A DNA stretch of 64,000 bases from an uncultured virus (IMG/VR IMGVR_UViG_3300017761_005195) (IMGVR_UViG_3300017761_005195), one strand, 5' to 3'; numbered from the stretch's first letter, positions 51,948 through 59,604 are shown. A program made the numbers and translations. Notes: a model not told the origin generated them from the sequence alone.

Positions 51948-52208
51948 TTAATATTCGAATGGTTTATCCATATGTGTTTTTAATAATTGAACAAACTTTT
52001 CATAAATGATATTGAAGTCTTCATCTTCTAACTCCAATGAAGAATTTTCTTCCATTACTTTTGCTAATTGATATATCATGTCAATATCATTTATTCCAAC
52101 ACTATTTAGTGCTAAATTTGATGCTAAGATGTTTCTATTACCACAAACAGGATAATTAAGGTTTGTGTAAAAAGTTTGTTCAATTATTTTTCTTACTTTA
52201 TCTTTCAT
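51948..52208 (-). CDS. cassette 4 ORF
   Basis: 86 aa. Confidence 0.65.
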   Translation of the reverse strand: MKDKVRKIIEQTFYTNLNYPVCGNRNILASNLALNSVGINDIDMIYQLAKVMEENSSLELEDEDFNIIYEKFVQLLKTHMDKPFEY

Positions 52209-52236
52209 TGTATTTGTATTTGAATATTATAACTAA

Positions 52237-52328
52237 ATATAACAAGGTATATATGAAATACCTTATAAAGTTTATACTAAATTTAAAGTTTTGTGGTAAG
52301 GTACTTCACATATACCCAACCGTTATAA
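52237..52328 (+). repeat. attC-like site D (GGTATAT family)
   Basis: TAAC aa GGTATATATGAAATACCT ... AGGTACTTCACATATACC caacc GTTA. Confidence 0.85.
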
Positions 52329-52339
52329 GTAGTTAAGAA

Positions 52340-52424
52340 AGTGGTGGTTGGACTCGAACCAACGTCCTCCGAAATTCCTGATTGGTTACAGCAAATCGTA
52401 CTCTCCCATCTGAGTTACACCACT
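52340..52424 (-). ncRNA. tRNA-like element with expanded anticodon arm (cassette 5)
   Basis: AGTGGTG/CACCACT acceptor, ACTC/GAGT D-stem, GTTGG-TTCGAGT-CCAAC T-arm; about 30-nt anticodon region containing CTGTAAC. Confidence 0.65.
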
Positions 52425-52435
52425 TTCTTAACTAC

Positions 52436-52557
52436 TTATAACAACAAATATAAAACATTTTATTCGTTTTTCAAAATAAAGTTTATACTAATTGTCAAGT
52501 TTATTCATTTTATTTAAGTTCTGTGTTAAAACGTTTTATATTTGCAATACGTTATAG
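52436..52557 (+). repeat. attC-like site E
   Basis: TAAC aa CAAATATAAAAC ... GTTTTATATTTG caatac GTTA. Confidence 0.8.
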
Positions 52558-52566
52558 GTAATAAAA

Positions 52567-52731
52567 TTAAACCTCATACCTATAAAGTATAGTCAAAAAC
52601 GAACCACTGTCTAATATACTTATAATAGCATCCGCATCAATGTTCCTGTTTTGCAAACCTTCATCAATACGTTCAAGTTCGTTTTTCCCACAAGTAAAGT
52701 AACCAATTCTTTTTTTAATAGTAATATTCAT
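52567..52731 (-). CDS. cassette 6 ORF
   Basis: 54 aa (MNITIKKRIGYFTC...), below the ORF-track cutoff. Confidence 0.55.
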   Translation of the reverse strand: MNITIKKRIGYFTCGKNELERIDEGLQNRNIDADAIISILDSGSFLTILYRYEV

Positions 52732-52750
52732 AATGTTTAATTTTACATAC

Positions 52751-52844
52751 CTATAACAAAGTGTATAAGAAAGTTTGCTACAGCAGTTGTGATAATTTGA
52801 AAATTAGTTTAAGCAAACCTTCTCATACACCCAATCCGTTATAT
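52751..52844 (+). repeat. attC-like site F
   Basis: TAAC aa aGTGTATaAGAAaGTTTGCT ... AGCAAACcTTCTcATACACc caatcc GTTA. Confidence 0.8.
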
Positions 52845-52848
52845 TCAA

Positions 52849-53049
52849 TTAAATTATTGTTTTGATTTTTAATAACTTATCAGATATTCTATAATCCTCG
52901 TTTTTATTATGATATTTTATCAATTCATCTATTTCATTATTTGAGACTTCCAAACCTTCTCTTAGTATCTGATAAGTTTTCCAAACCATTGAAAAATTAT
53001 TGTGTGATGATTTAAAACCATCCATTTCTATTTTATCTAATATATCCAT
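52849..53049 (-). CDS. cassette 7 ORF b
   Basis: 66 aa. Confidence 0.6.
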   Translation of the reverse strand: MDILDKIEMDGFKSSHNNFSMVWKTYQILREGLEVSNNEIDELIKYHNKNEDYRISDKLLKIKTII

Positions 53050-53050
53050 C

Positions 53051-53176
53051 TTAATCTTTAAATTTGAATAAGTCTTTTAATTTACCTGACCATGTTGTAT
53101 CTATACAACGCATCAATATAAATATAATAAACCACAATATAATACCACCTAAAATTAAAAGACTTATTTTTATCAT
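53051..53176 (-). CDS. cassette 7 ORF a, small membrane protein
   Basis: 41 aa hydrophobic ORF coupled to ORF b. Confidence 0.5.
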   Translation of the reverse strand: MIKISLLILGGIILWFIIFILMRCIDTTWSGKLKDLFKFKD

Positions 53177-53217
53177 AAACAAGATTTTTATAATTTGTAA
53201 AACAATAATTTAACTAA

Positions 53218-53303
53218 ATATAACAACAAATATAAGAAATAAATTTTGATTTATCTAGTTTTTTATAGGAAAAATTTACTTCTCATATTTGCAAACGTTA
53301 GGT
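53218..53303 (+). repeat. attC-like site G (CAAATATAAGAA family)
   Basis: TAAC aa CAAATATaAGAAaTAAAT ... ATTTAcTTCTcATATTTG caaac GTTA. Confidence 0.85.
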
Positions 53304-53492
53304 TCAATCATTAATTTGTTTTGAACGTTCTATTACTTTCTTCAATAATTCATCTTTCCATTTAGAAAATATTTCAACCGACCTGTCTGTTGTATCAGTT
53401 TGGTATAATGATGAGTAATATCCTTTATCAAAGAATTCACCACAAATATTTTCTAATTCACTTTCTGTTAAAATTACAAATCCCTTTTCCAT
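53304..53492 (-). CDS. cassette 8 ORF
   Basis: MEKGFVIL start; own TACCTTTG promoter at 53517-53524. Confidence 0.6.
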   Translation of the reverse strand: MEKGFVILTESELENICGEFFDKGYYSSLYQTDTTDRSVEIFSKWKDELLKKVIERSKQIND

Positions 53493-53542
53493 ATTATTTA
53501 TTGTTTTTAATTTATACAAAGGTAAAACAAATTAATGACAAA

Positions 53543-53596
53543 ACCTAACAAATGATAAACAACATTAAAACGATTGTTTATCATCAGACGTTATGT
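53543..53596 (+). repeat. attC-like site H (short family)
   Basis: Same internal sequence as site C. Confidence 0.85.
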
Positions 53597-53776
53597 TTAA
53601 TTATTATAATATTTTGACATTTTTTTATCAACATCACTAATTTTTATTCCAATTTTAGTTATCCAATCACTAAATTTATTACTTGAAATTAATGTAGTAA
53701 TTAATGATAATATTACTATTATAATTGTAATAAAAATTAAAATAACCCACCACATTATCCCTATTATTTTTTTCAT
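53597..53776 (-). CDS. cassette 9 ORF, membrane protein
   Basis: MKKIIGIMWWVILIF hydrophobic helix. Confidence 0.6.
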   Translation of the reverse strand: MKKIIGIMWWVILIFITIIIVILSLITTLISSNKFSDWITKIGIKISDVDKKMSKYYNN

Positions 53777-53801
53777 ATTGTAAAATATTATAATAACTAA
53801 A

Positions 53802-53855
53802 ACATAACAACAAATATATTGCATTAAAACGACAATATATTTGCAACCGTTATAT
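53802..53855 (+). repeat. attC-like site I (short-family loop, different arms)
   Basis: TAAC aa CAAATATATTG cattaaaacga CAATATATTTG caacc GTTA. Confidence 0.85.
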
Positions 53856-53861
53856 GAAATA

Positions 53862-54065
53862 TTAATTTTTAGAGTGCCAGTCCCATTTTGTAATCCAACA
53901 TACTTCCAAATTCTTCATCAACCAACCTCTCGATATTTTACCATTTTCGTCAAATATACTCTTTATTTTACTAATTTGATATGAAGAATTTGTAACCCAT
54001 CCTATCCAAGCTTCATCATAACCTTCAAGTTTAACCTTGTCGCCAATTTTAAGTTCTGTAATCAT
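53862..54065 (-). CDS. cassette 10 ORF
   Basis: 67 aa, LKIGDKV SH3-like start. Confidence 0.6.
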   Translation of the reverse strand: MITELKIGDKVKLEGYDEAWIGWVTNSSYQISKIKSIFDENGKISRGWLMKNLEVCWITKWDWHSKN

Positions 54066-54093
54066 ATTATTTAGTTTTAAAAATTAATACATC

Positions 54094-54178
54094 ATATAAC
54101 AACAAATATAAGAAATAAATCTTACTTTGTCTATTTTTTAATGAAAAGATTTACTTCTCATATTTGCAACCGTTAGAA
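54094..54178 (+). repeat. attC-like site J (CAAATATAAGAA family)
   Basis: Near-identical to site T. Confidence 0.85.
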
Positions 54179-54191
54179 GTAATAAAATAAA

Positions 54192-54449
54192 TTATATATC
54201 AAACTTCTCTGATTCAAGTTTTTTAATCTTTCTATCAAGTATTTCATTAAACTCTTCAGTTGAAATATTATATCCCTTAATTCTTTCAAACATAGATTTC
54301 AAAACTTGAATCGCATAGTCAATCTGACCATTTATTATTTCCTTTTCCATATCATCCATAGATTCATTTATTTTACTACTTCTAACATCAGATATATTCA
54401 AGTTTTCTTCTGACTCGTTAAATCTTTTTATGTGTTTTAAATCTTTCAT
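54192..54449 (-). CDS. cassette 11 ORF (leader encoded in attC-like loop)
   Basis: MKDLKHIKRFNESEENLNISDV reads through the core. Confidence 0.65.
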   Translation of the reverse strand: MKDLKHIKRFNESEENLNISDVRSSKINESMDDMEKEIINGQIDYAIQVLKSMFERIKGYNISTEEFNEILDRKIKKLESEKFDI

Positions 54450-54513
54450 CTTCGTAAGTTATTTTTTAGTATATATTAAAAGAAAACCTAAATATATCTG
54501 AGTATCGTTATGT
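54380..54513 (+). repeat. attC-like site K (ISDV family, carries promoter and start codon)
   Basis: TAAC at CAGATATATT ... AATATATCTG agtatc GTTA; TAATATATA on minus strand in loop. Confidence 0.8.
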
Positions 54514-54582
54514 GTAAGTGTTCCGTTCATCATTCTAATTAACATTTAGGTAGAAAATTTTTAAAGAAAAACCCGCCACACA

Positions 54583-55008
54583 TTATAAAAAAGATTGACC
54601 ATCCCAACCATAAACCACACCGTATTCATCAACCATTAAACCTAATTTTCTTGCTAAATCATCAGCCTTATAATCATTTGGTAATCTCCCAAATAATGCT
54701 TCATCATCACTTGGAGAATCTAATCTTTGAACTTGCCAATAATACCCATTCAACTTTTTACCATTAAAAGTTCTCTCACTGTGATATTTCTCGTTTGGTG
54801 CTTCTGTATCGGAATCGAATACAGCCCAACCTTGTTTATGAGTATAATCACTATATTCACTTTGAAACCAATCTATGAATTTTTTAATTTTATCAAAATC
54901 ATAAAATATTTTATCATCAAAGTCTTTCAAATTACCATCCTTATCAATATATGATTCATTCAAAAACTCTCGTATGGTTGTTTTAATAAATTGTTTTAAG
55001 TCTTTCAT
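54583..55008 (-). CDS. cassette 12 ORF (MKDLKQFIKTTIREFLNE leader)
   Basis: 141 aa. Confidence 0.7.
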   Translation of the reverse strand: MKDLKQFIKTTIREFLNESYIDKDGNLKDFDDKIFYDFDKIKKFIDWFQSEYSDYTHKQGWAVFDSDTEAPNEKYHSERTFNGKKLNGYYWQVQRLDSPSDDEALFGRLPNDYKADDLARKLGLMVDEYGVVYGWDGQSFL

Positions 55009-55120
55009 CCTTTTCTTTTATATATAAATATTAAGAATTAAAATACCAACCCTTCTTTTTCTTTTAAAATTTTTGTTCAGTTCTTCGAATAAACATTTTA
55101 CCTTAATAATCCACACCTAT

Positions 55121-55174
55121 ACATAACAAAGTGTAAAAAACATTAAAACGATTTTTTACACTCAACCGTTATAA
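55121..55174 (+). repeat. attC-like site L (short-family loop)
   Basis: TAAC aa AGTGTAAAAAA cattaaaacga TTTTTTACACT caacc GTTA. Confidence 0.85.
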
Positions 55175-55184
55175 AACATAAAAA

Positions 55185-55379
55185 TTATTGCGGTTCTAAC
55201 TGAGCAATATGGAATGCAAATATATAACCATTTATTTTTCCATCATACATTGTATCCATACCAGACCATTGTCTTCCTTCAATAACAATTCCATAATGCT
55301 CATTTCGCTTATCTATAACTTTGAACTTTGATAATTTGCCTTTAAGTTTATCCATATAATACATAATTTTTACATTCAT
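55185..55379 (-). CDS. cassette 13 ORF
   Basis: Up to 64 aa; start codon uncertain. Confidence 0.55.
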   Translation of the reverse strand: MNVKIMYYMDKLKGKLSKFKVIDKRNEHYGIVIEGRQWSGMDTMYDGKINGYIFAFHIAQLEPQ

Positions 55380-55470
55380 ATAACAAGGTATATGTGAAAT
55401 ACCTCATAAAGTTTCTACTAATTATTTAAGTTTCGTGGTAAGGTACTTCACATATACCCAACCGTTATAA
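55378..55470 (+). repeat. attC-like site M (GGTATAT family)
   Basis: Near-identical to sites D and R. Confidence 0.85.
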
Positions 55471-55653
55471 GCCATTTTGGGAACCCCACTCTTGAAACAA
55501 CTTTTCCAGTTCTTCACAGTCATATACAGGCTCATCGCTTTCTCCCATAGTTACTGTCCAATTTTCACTTGAGTGCCTTGTGTATTTGTTTAGTTCGTTT
55601 TCATCTGTTTCAACATAAAAAACGATTGACTTTGTTGCGTTTATAATTTTCAT
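55465..55653 (-). CDS. cassette 14 ORF
   Basis: 62 aa; stop codon is the TTA of the GTTA core. Confidence 0.65.
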   Translation of the reverse strand: MKIINATKSIVFYVETDENELNKYTRHSSENWTVTMGESDEPVYDCEELEKLFQEWGSQNGL

Positions 55654-55682
55654 TTTATTTTAAATTTGTGAAGAAAAACGGC

Positions 55683-55814
55683 TTATAACAGCACATACCC
55701 AAAAGAGGGGTTTTAGTGGTTATATGAACATTTTTACTTCGATTAAACATTTGTTTTTATATTAAATTTTGTGCTTCGTAATCACCTCCTTCGGGTATCT
55801 GCAAAATGTTATGA
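55683..55814 (+). repeat. attC-like site N
   Basis: TAAC aGCAcATACCC..AAGAGG ... CCTCcTTcGGGTATcTGC aaaat GTTA. Confidence 0.75.
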
Positions 55815-56030
55815 AACATATTTCCACACACCTATTTCCATAAACAAGTACTTTAGTGATTTGATTCTTCTATCCAAGTTATCATAATCAAAAGAATCGT
55901 TGCATTTACTTATGTTAATTTTTGCTTGTTTATATTCATCTATCAACTCTTCAATACGTTTCATAACATCAGATATATGTAATTTTTTATCTGTGTCATT
56001 AACTTCTGTGTTCTTATTTTCTGTATTCAT
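55809..56030 (-). CDS. cassette 15 ORF (starts in attC-like loop)
   Basis: DKKLHISDVMKR; stop codon in the GTTA core. Confidence 0.65.
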   Translation of the reverse strand: MNTENKNTEVNDTDKKLHISDVMKRIEELIDEYKQAKINISKCNDSFDYDNLDRRIKSLKYLFMEIGVWKYVS

Positions 56031-56090
56031 ATTATTTAATTTTTGTATTTCAATTTAAGAAAAAACTACATATATCTGTGTCCGTTATAA
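55961..56090 (+). repeat. attC-like site O (ISDV family)
   Basis: Paralogous to site A. Confidence 0.8.
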
Positions 56091-56105
56091 GTAATAAAAA
56101 TAAAA

Positions 56106-56288
56106 TTATTGATATAACACATATATACCTTCATAATCACCAAAAATAGTTAATTTTTCATTTGGTATATTGTAATCAAATTTTAGTCTATTACCTTCTG
56201 TGTCCCATACATCAGTTATGTATTCCGCTTTGATGAAAAATAAACTATTATTTCCATCATATTCTTTTCTTATTAATCTTGTTTTCAT
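56106..56288 (-). CDS. cassette 16 ORF
   Basis: 60 aa. Confidence 0.6.
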   Translation of the reverse strand: MKTRLIRKEYDGNNSLFFIKAEYITDVWDTEGNRLKFDYNIPNEKLTIFGDYEGIYVLYQ

Positions 56289-56312
56289 TTGTATAATTTT
56301 ATTTTTACATAC

Positions 56313-56422
56313 TTATAACAATGTGTAAAAAACATTTAAACGATTTTTTACACGCCAAAAAGCGGTTTTACATTTATTTAAGTTTTTCGGTGGCGTACCT
56401 CTCATATACGCAACCGTTAGCA
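56313..56422 (+). repeat. attC-like site P (hybrid of two families)
   Basis: Left part is a short-family hairpin; right end ctcatatacgcaaccGTTA resembles the long families. Confidence 0.65.
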
Positions 56423-56701
56423 GTAATTGCTAAGAGCCTTGATATTAATAAATCCTATTTCTTGGGCGTGTTCCATTGAAAAACTAACTGTGTAAACCTT
56501 CAACCCTTTTTCAATTGTTACTTTAACCATTGAACTAAAACTATCTATAAATATATTAGTTACATTATGGGTTATATCTTTACCTTCTTTTACATCGTAA
56601 AACCCTACACCCCAAGAAATAACACAACCGCAACTACTGCTAACAATAGGTTTATTCAATGCGGGGTTCCTGCTCCCAAATAACATTTTTAGTAATTTCA
56701 T
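56417..56701 (-). CDS. cassette 17 ORF (starts in attC-like loop)
   Basis: NPALNKPIVSSS reads through the core. Confidence 0.6.
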   Translation of the reverse strand: MKLLKMLFGSRNPALNKPIVSSSCGCVISWGVGFYDVKEGKDITHNVTNIFIDSFSSMVKVTIEKGLKVYTVSFSMEHAQEIGFINIKALSNYC

Positions 56702-56767
56702 ATTTTCTGCTTTTAAATTAATTTATCTGTTCAATCCCGCACTAAATAAACCTGCAAAACGTTATAA
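56638..56767 (+). repeat. attC-like site Q
   Basis: TAAC aa tAGGTTTATT..aTGCGGG ... CCCGCAc..AATAAACCTg caaaac GTTA. Confidence 0.8.
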
Positions 56768-56956
56768 AACATTTTTCAATACACCAAGTTCCTTTGATTT
56801 TACTAAAAATTCTGTTTCATCTTCCAAAGAAAGAGTTGAAAACAAATGATGTTCTACTAAATAAGATGGTGCGTTTGATGTAACCAAATCATTTAATTTA
56901 GCTTTATCCCAGAATTTTTCAACTCTTTCTTCTTGTTCTTTTGTTAATTTTTCCAT
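56762..56956 (-). CDS. cassette 18 ORF
   Basis: 64 aa; stop codon in core. Confidence 0.65.
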   Translation of the reverse strand: MEKLTKEQEERVEKFWDKAKLNDLVTSNAPSYLVEHHLFSTLSLEDETEFLVKSKELGVLKNVL

Positions 56957-56967
56957 ATTAAAACGTT

Positions 56968-57060
56968 TTATAACAAGGTATATGTGAAATACCTTATAAA
57001 GTTTCTACTAATTTTTAAAGTTTTGTGGTAAGGTACTTCACATATACCCAACCGTTAGTG
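56968..57060 (+). repeat. attC-like site R (GGTATAT family)
   Basis: Near-identical to sites D and M. Confidence 0.85.
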
Positions 57061-57074
57061 ATAATAAATTTGAA

Positions 57075-57386
57075 TTATTTAGTCTTATATAACTTACAAT
57101 CAAAATTATTTTCAGATAACATATCATTCATAAATCCGATGTGTCTATTTTCATCACCCTCTGGTTCAAATTTCACAAAAATGGAATAGTTATCTGAAAC
57201 TAATAGTGACCAATCCATAGGTTTTAATTTAACAGAATCATCATAATTTTGATTGATAAAGTTTATACCATCCAAAATCTCATCCATATCTGGACCTATC
57301 ATTTCAAATTTACTATCACTAACATTAGATATATTCAAGTTTTCTTGATGTTCGTTAAATAATTTAACGTGTTTTAAATTTTTCAT
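57075..57386 (-). CDS. cassette 19 ORF (leader in attC-like loop)
   Basis: MKNLKHVKLFNEHQENLNISNV. Confidence 0.65.
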   Translation of the reverse strand: MKNLKHVKLFNEHQENLNISNVSDSKFEMIGPDMDEILDGINFINQNYDDSVKLKPMDWSLLVSDNYSIFVKFEPEGDENRHIGFMNDMLSENNFDCKLYKTK

Positions 57387-57450
57387 CTTTGTTTATTATT
57401 TTTTAGTATATATTAAAAGAAAATCTAAATATATCTGAGTATCGTTATAT
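57317..57450 (+). repeat. attC-like site S (ISDV family)
   Basis: Paralogous to site K, including the promoter and leader. Confidence 0.8.
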
Positions 57451-57463
57451 TCAATACCAAAAA

Positions 57464-57703
57464 TTATTCAAATTCTATAATAAAAAAATCATCGAAGTCC
57501 ATATCACCAGCACCGTAAGTATAATTCACTTTCAGTTTTGTTTCAGATATTATATCATATCCATCATAAGCGTGATATGTTCCAATCGGTTTTTCTTCAT
57601 TACTAAATCGTTCAATATACTTACTACGAGCAAAGTCATTTACTACTGCTCTATGATTAGCAACCTTAGCTAATACTTCTAATGATTTTTTTATATTTTC
57701 CAT
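57464..57703 (-). CDS. cassette 20 ORF
   Basis: 79 aa. Confidence 0.65.
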   Translation of the reverse strand: MENIKKSLEVLAKVANHRAVVNDFARSKYIERFSNEEKPIGTYHAYDGYDIISETKLKVNYTYGAGDMDFDDFFIIEFE

Positions 57704-57726
57704 GTGTTAATAATTTTTGATACTAA

Positions 57727-57812
57727 ATATAACAACAAATATAAGAAATAAATCTTAATTTGTCTAATTTTTTAATGAAAAGATTTACTTCTCATATTTG
57801 CAACCGTTAGTG
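57727..57812 (+). repeat. attC-like site T (CAAATATAAGAA family)
   Basis: Near-identical to site J; last site of the continuous array. Confidence 0.85.
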
Positions 57813-57964
57813 GCAATTTGAGCCAAATAAAAAATTATATTCGTTCATATACCATTTTTCGTCTATTGAATGTTGTATAAATCTAAGTGGATGCGTACCG
57901 GCATCATGCCATGTTGCCCAGGTCATAAAACAAAGATAAGGGAAATAAGTTAGAAAAACAAATA

Positions 57965-58004
57965 AAAAAAAATAGTTAAGAGTATTTCTTAACTATTTTT
58001 TTTT
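57965..58004. terminator. probable terminator
   Basis: A-run TAGTTAAGA..TCTTAACTA T-run, downstream of 58027-58521. Confidence 0.6.
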
Positions 58005-58026
58005 ATAAGTTCCTCCTTGGTCATTA

Positions 58027-58521
58027 TTATTCCCAGCTGTCTCGTACTGGTCTTCCTCTGTCTCTCCACTCTTTATCAGCTTTTACACTCTTACCTGGAA
58101 TGACTTTACCATTTGACCATTTCTCCCATACATCACCATTGAGCTGATATACCTCTACTCCACTAACGTTAACCTTATTCTTAAAATCATTAACTATAGT
58201 ATCATAATCACCAGGTCCTCTAAACTCTGGTAGGTCAGGGAAAGTATCATGAACGATTCCAAAGATTCCATCAGGTTGAAATCCTTTACCTCCCATTCCA
58301 AGTGGAACTTTAACACCAAATTCTGAGTTTAGTTCTGACTTACTTATCATATCTACATTTTTTTGATTTTCACTAGGTATTCTTAACTTATCAAAAATCA
58401 CCTTCTTACAAGCAAGTTCAAAACTATACTCATTATCACGACTTTCTTGTCCACCAAATTCGTCATAGGCACTACCACCCTGAGCCTCATTAACAAACTT
58501 ATTGAATTTCTTAATAATCAT
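58027..58521 (-). CDS. hypothetical protein with IKKFNKFVNE leader
   Basis: 164 aa; AATATATA upstream. Confidence 0.7.
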   Translation of the reverse strand: MIIKKFNKFVNEAQGGSAYDEFGGQESRDNEYSFELACKKVIFDKLRIPSENQKNVDMISKSELNSEFGVKVPLGMGGKGFQPDGIFGIVHDTFPDLPEFRGPGDYDTIVNDFKNKVNVSGVEVYQLNGDVWEKWSNGKVIPGKSVKADKEWRDRGRPVRDSWE

Positions 58522-58590
58522 ATATTGTTATATTTTTTTTTATATATTTAATTGAAAAAACAGATTATTTAATTCTAATATAGAATGTTT

Positions 58591-58818
58591 TTATGAGTTT
58601 TTTATTTCTGATAATTTGCTTATAACATTATCAATTACACCTTTACAAAAATCTCTTTCCAAAGTTAATGTAAGTGCTTGTTCAGCATCTATTCCAACGC
58701 CATTTGACGCTCTTTCAATTATTTGTTCATCTGTAAGCATTCCAAATTCTGCAAGATGCTTCATCAAGTCATTTTGCGTTGGAAATAGTTTTCCTAATAT
58801 GTGTCCACTTTCATTCAT
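58591..58818 (-). CDS. hypothetical protein
   Basis: 75 aa. Confidence 0.55.
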   Translation of the reverse strand: MNESGHILGKLFPTQNDLMKHLAEFGMLTDEQIIERASNGVGIDAEQALTLTLERDFCKGVIDNVISKLSEIKNS

Positions 58819-58905
58819 ATTTGATTTGGTTTTAATTTACTAAATTAAAAATTAGAGGCATCTACTAATAGTTTATCTAAATAGTCTTTAGTAAAAAACT
58901 CTTCA

Positions 58906-59100
58906 TCACTCATAATTACATTTATCACATATTCGCTCTCTAACATCATAAGTTAGATTTTCTTCATTCTCTTGAATTGTGAGTTCCAACCCACAAACAC
59001 AGCACATAACATCAGATAAACTCAATTTTTTATCGAGCAATCCAACTCTATTCAAGTGCTGATTTAACCAATTGTTTTTGTAATATATTTTCTTTTCCAT
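58906..59100 (-). CDS. cassette-type ORF starting in attC-like loop, Zn-ribbon-like
   Basis: KKLSLSDVMCCVC...CDKC. Confidence 0.55.
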   Translation of the reverse strand: MEKKIYYKNNWLNQHLNRVGLLDKKLSLSDVMCCVCGLELTIQENEENLTYDVRERICDKCNYE

Positions 59101-59133
59101 AATAAAAACTGAGTTTATCTGCAACCGTTATAA
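59004..59133 (+). repeat. attC-like site U
   Basis: TAAC at CAGATAAACTCA ... TGAGTTTATCTG caacc GTTA. Confidence 0.8.
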
Positions 59134-59149
59134 GTAATAAAAACTAAAA

Positions 59150-59371
59150 TTAAACTACCCCAACTTTATATATAGTTCTATTACCTAAATTTTCTTTTGA
59201 AAAACTTTTAATTACATCATTATTTTTGTGTGAAATAGCTTCCACATCCGAATTGTTTTTAAATTCTTCTAACACTTTACTTAATCTGTTAAAATATATT
59301 TGATTCCACAAAAATATACTAGTCCATCGTAAGTTTTTCAAAATAAAATCTGTTAATTTAGTTCTTTTCAT
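59150..59371 (-). CDS. cassette ORF
   Basis: 73 aa inside body 59127-59638 with matching ends. Confidence 0.6.
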   Translation of the reverse strand: MKRTKLTDFILKNLRWTSIFLWNQIYFNRLSKVLEEFKNNSDVEAISHKNNDVIKSFSKENLGNRTIYKVGVV

Positions 59372-59388
59372 TTGTTCAATTTTTAAAA

Positions 59389-59604
59389 TTATTTACCATA
59401 TATACTATTAACAAAAACTCTATTAGCACCTATTGTAAGTGATAGTTGATTTTGTTCTTTCATGAGTGTCTCAAATTGATTTTCTATTTTTAATCTATCT
59501 GAATTACTTTTTAACATATTAACCAATTTTTCCAACTCTATATCTCTTTTTGAAGTTAGAAAATCAATTTGTTCATTGTAATTTAATTCGAGTTTTTGTT
59601 CCAT
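59389..59604 (-). CDS. cassette ORF
   Basis: 71 aa in the same two-gene cassette. Confidence 0.6.
   Translation of the reverse strand: MEQKLELNYNEQIDFLTSKRDIELEKLVNMLKSNSDRLKIENQFETLMKEQNQLSLTIGANRVFVNSIYGK

Larger units (their letters stand above)
50835..57812. mobile_element. integron-like gene cassette array (20 cassettes, 20 attC-like sites, no integrase in window)
   Basis: Regular alternation of short minus-strand ORFs with TAAC...GTTA imperfect palindromes; each cassette's GTTA start complements its own TAAC end. Confidence 0.85.

Noticed and set aside
52340..52424. Canonical tRNA-Tyr
   Set aside because: The anticodon arm cannot form a standard 5-bp stem with 7-nt loop at the right position, so it is reported only as tRNA-like.
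50835..57812. CRISPR array
   Set aside because: Repeats are 54-134 bp, belong to several families and are separated by gene-sized units of variable length; no cas genes are present.
51028..57812. Palindromes as simple intrinsic terminators or REP elements
   Set aside because: They lack GC stems with U-tracts, lie at the 5' side of or overlap the genes, and their outer bases pair with the far end of the neighbouring cassette, which terminators would not explain.
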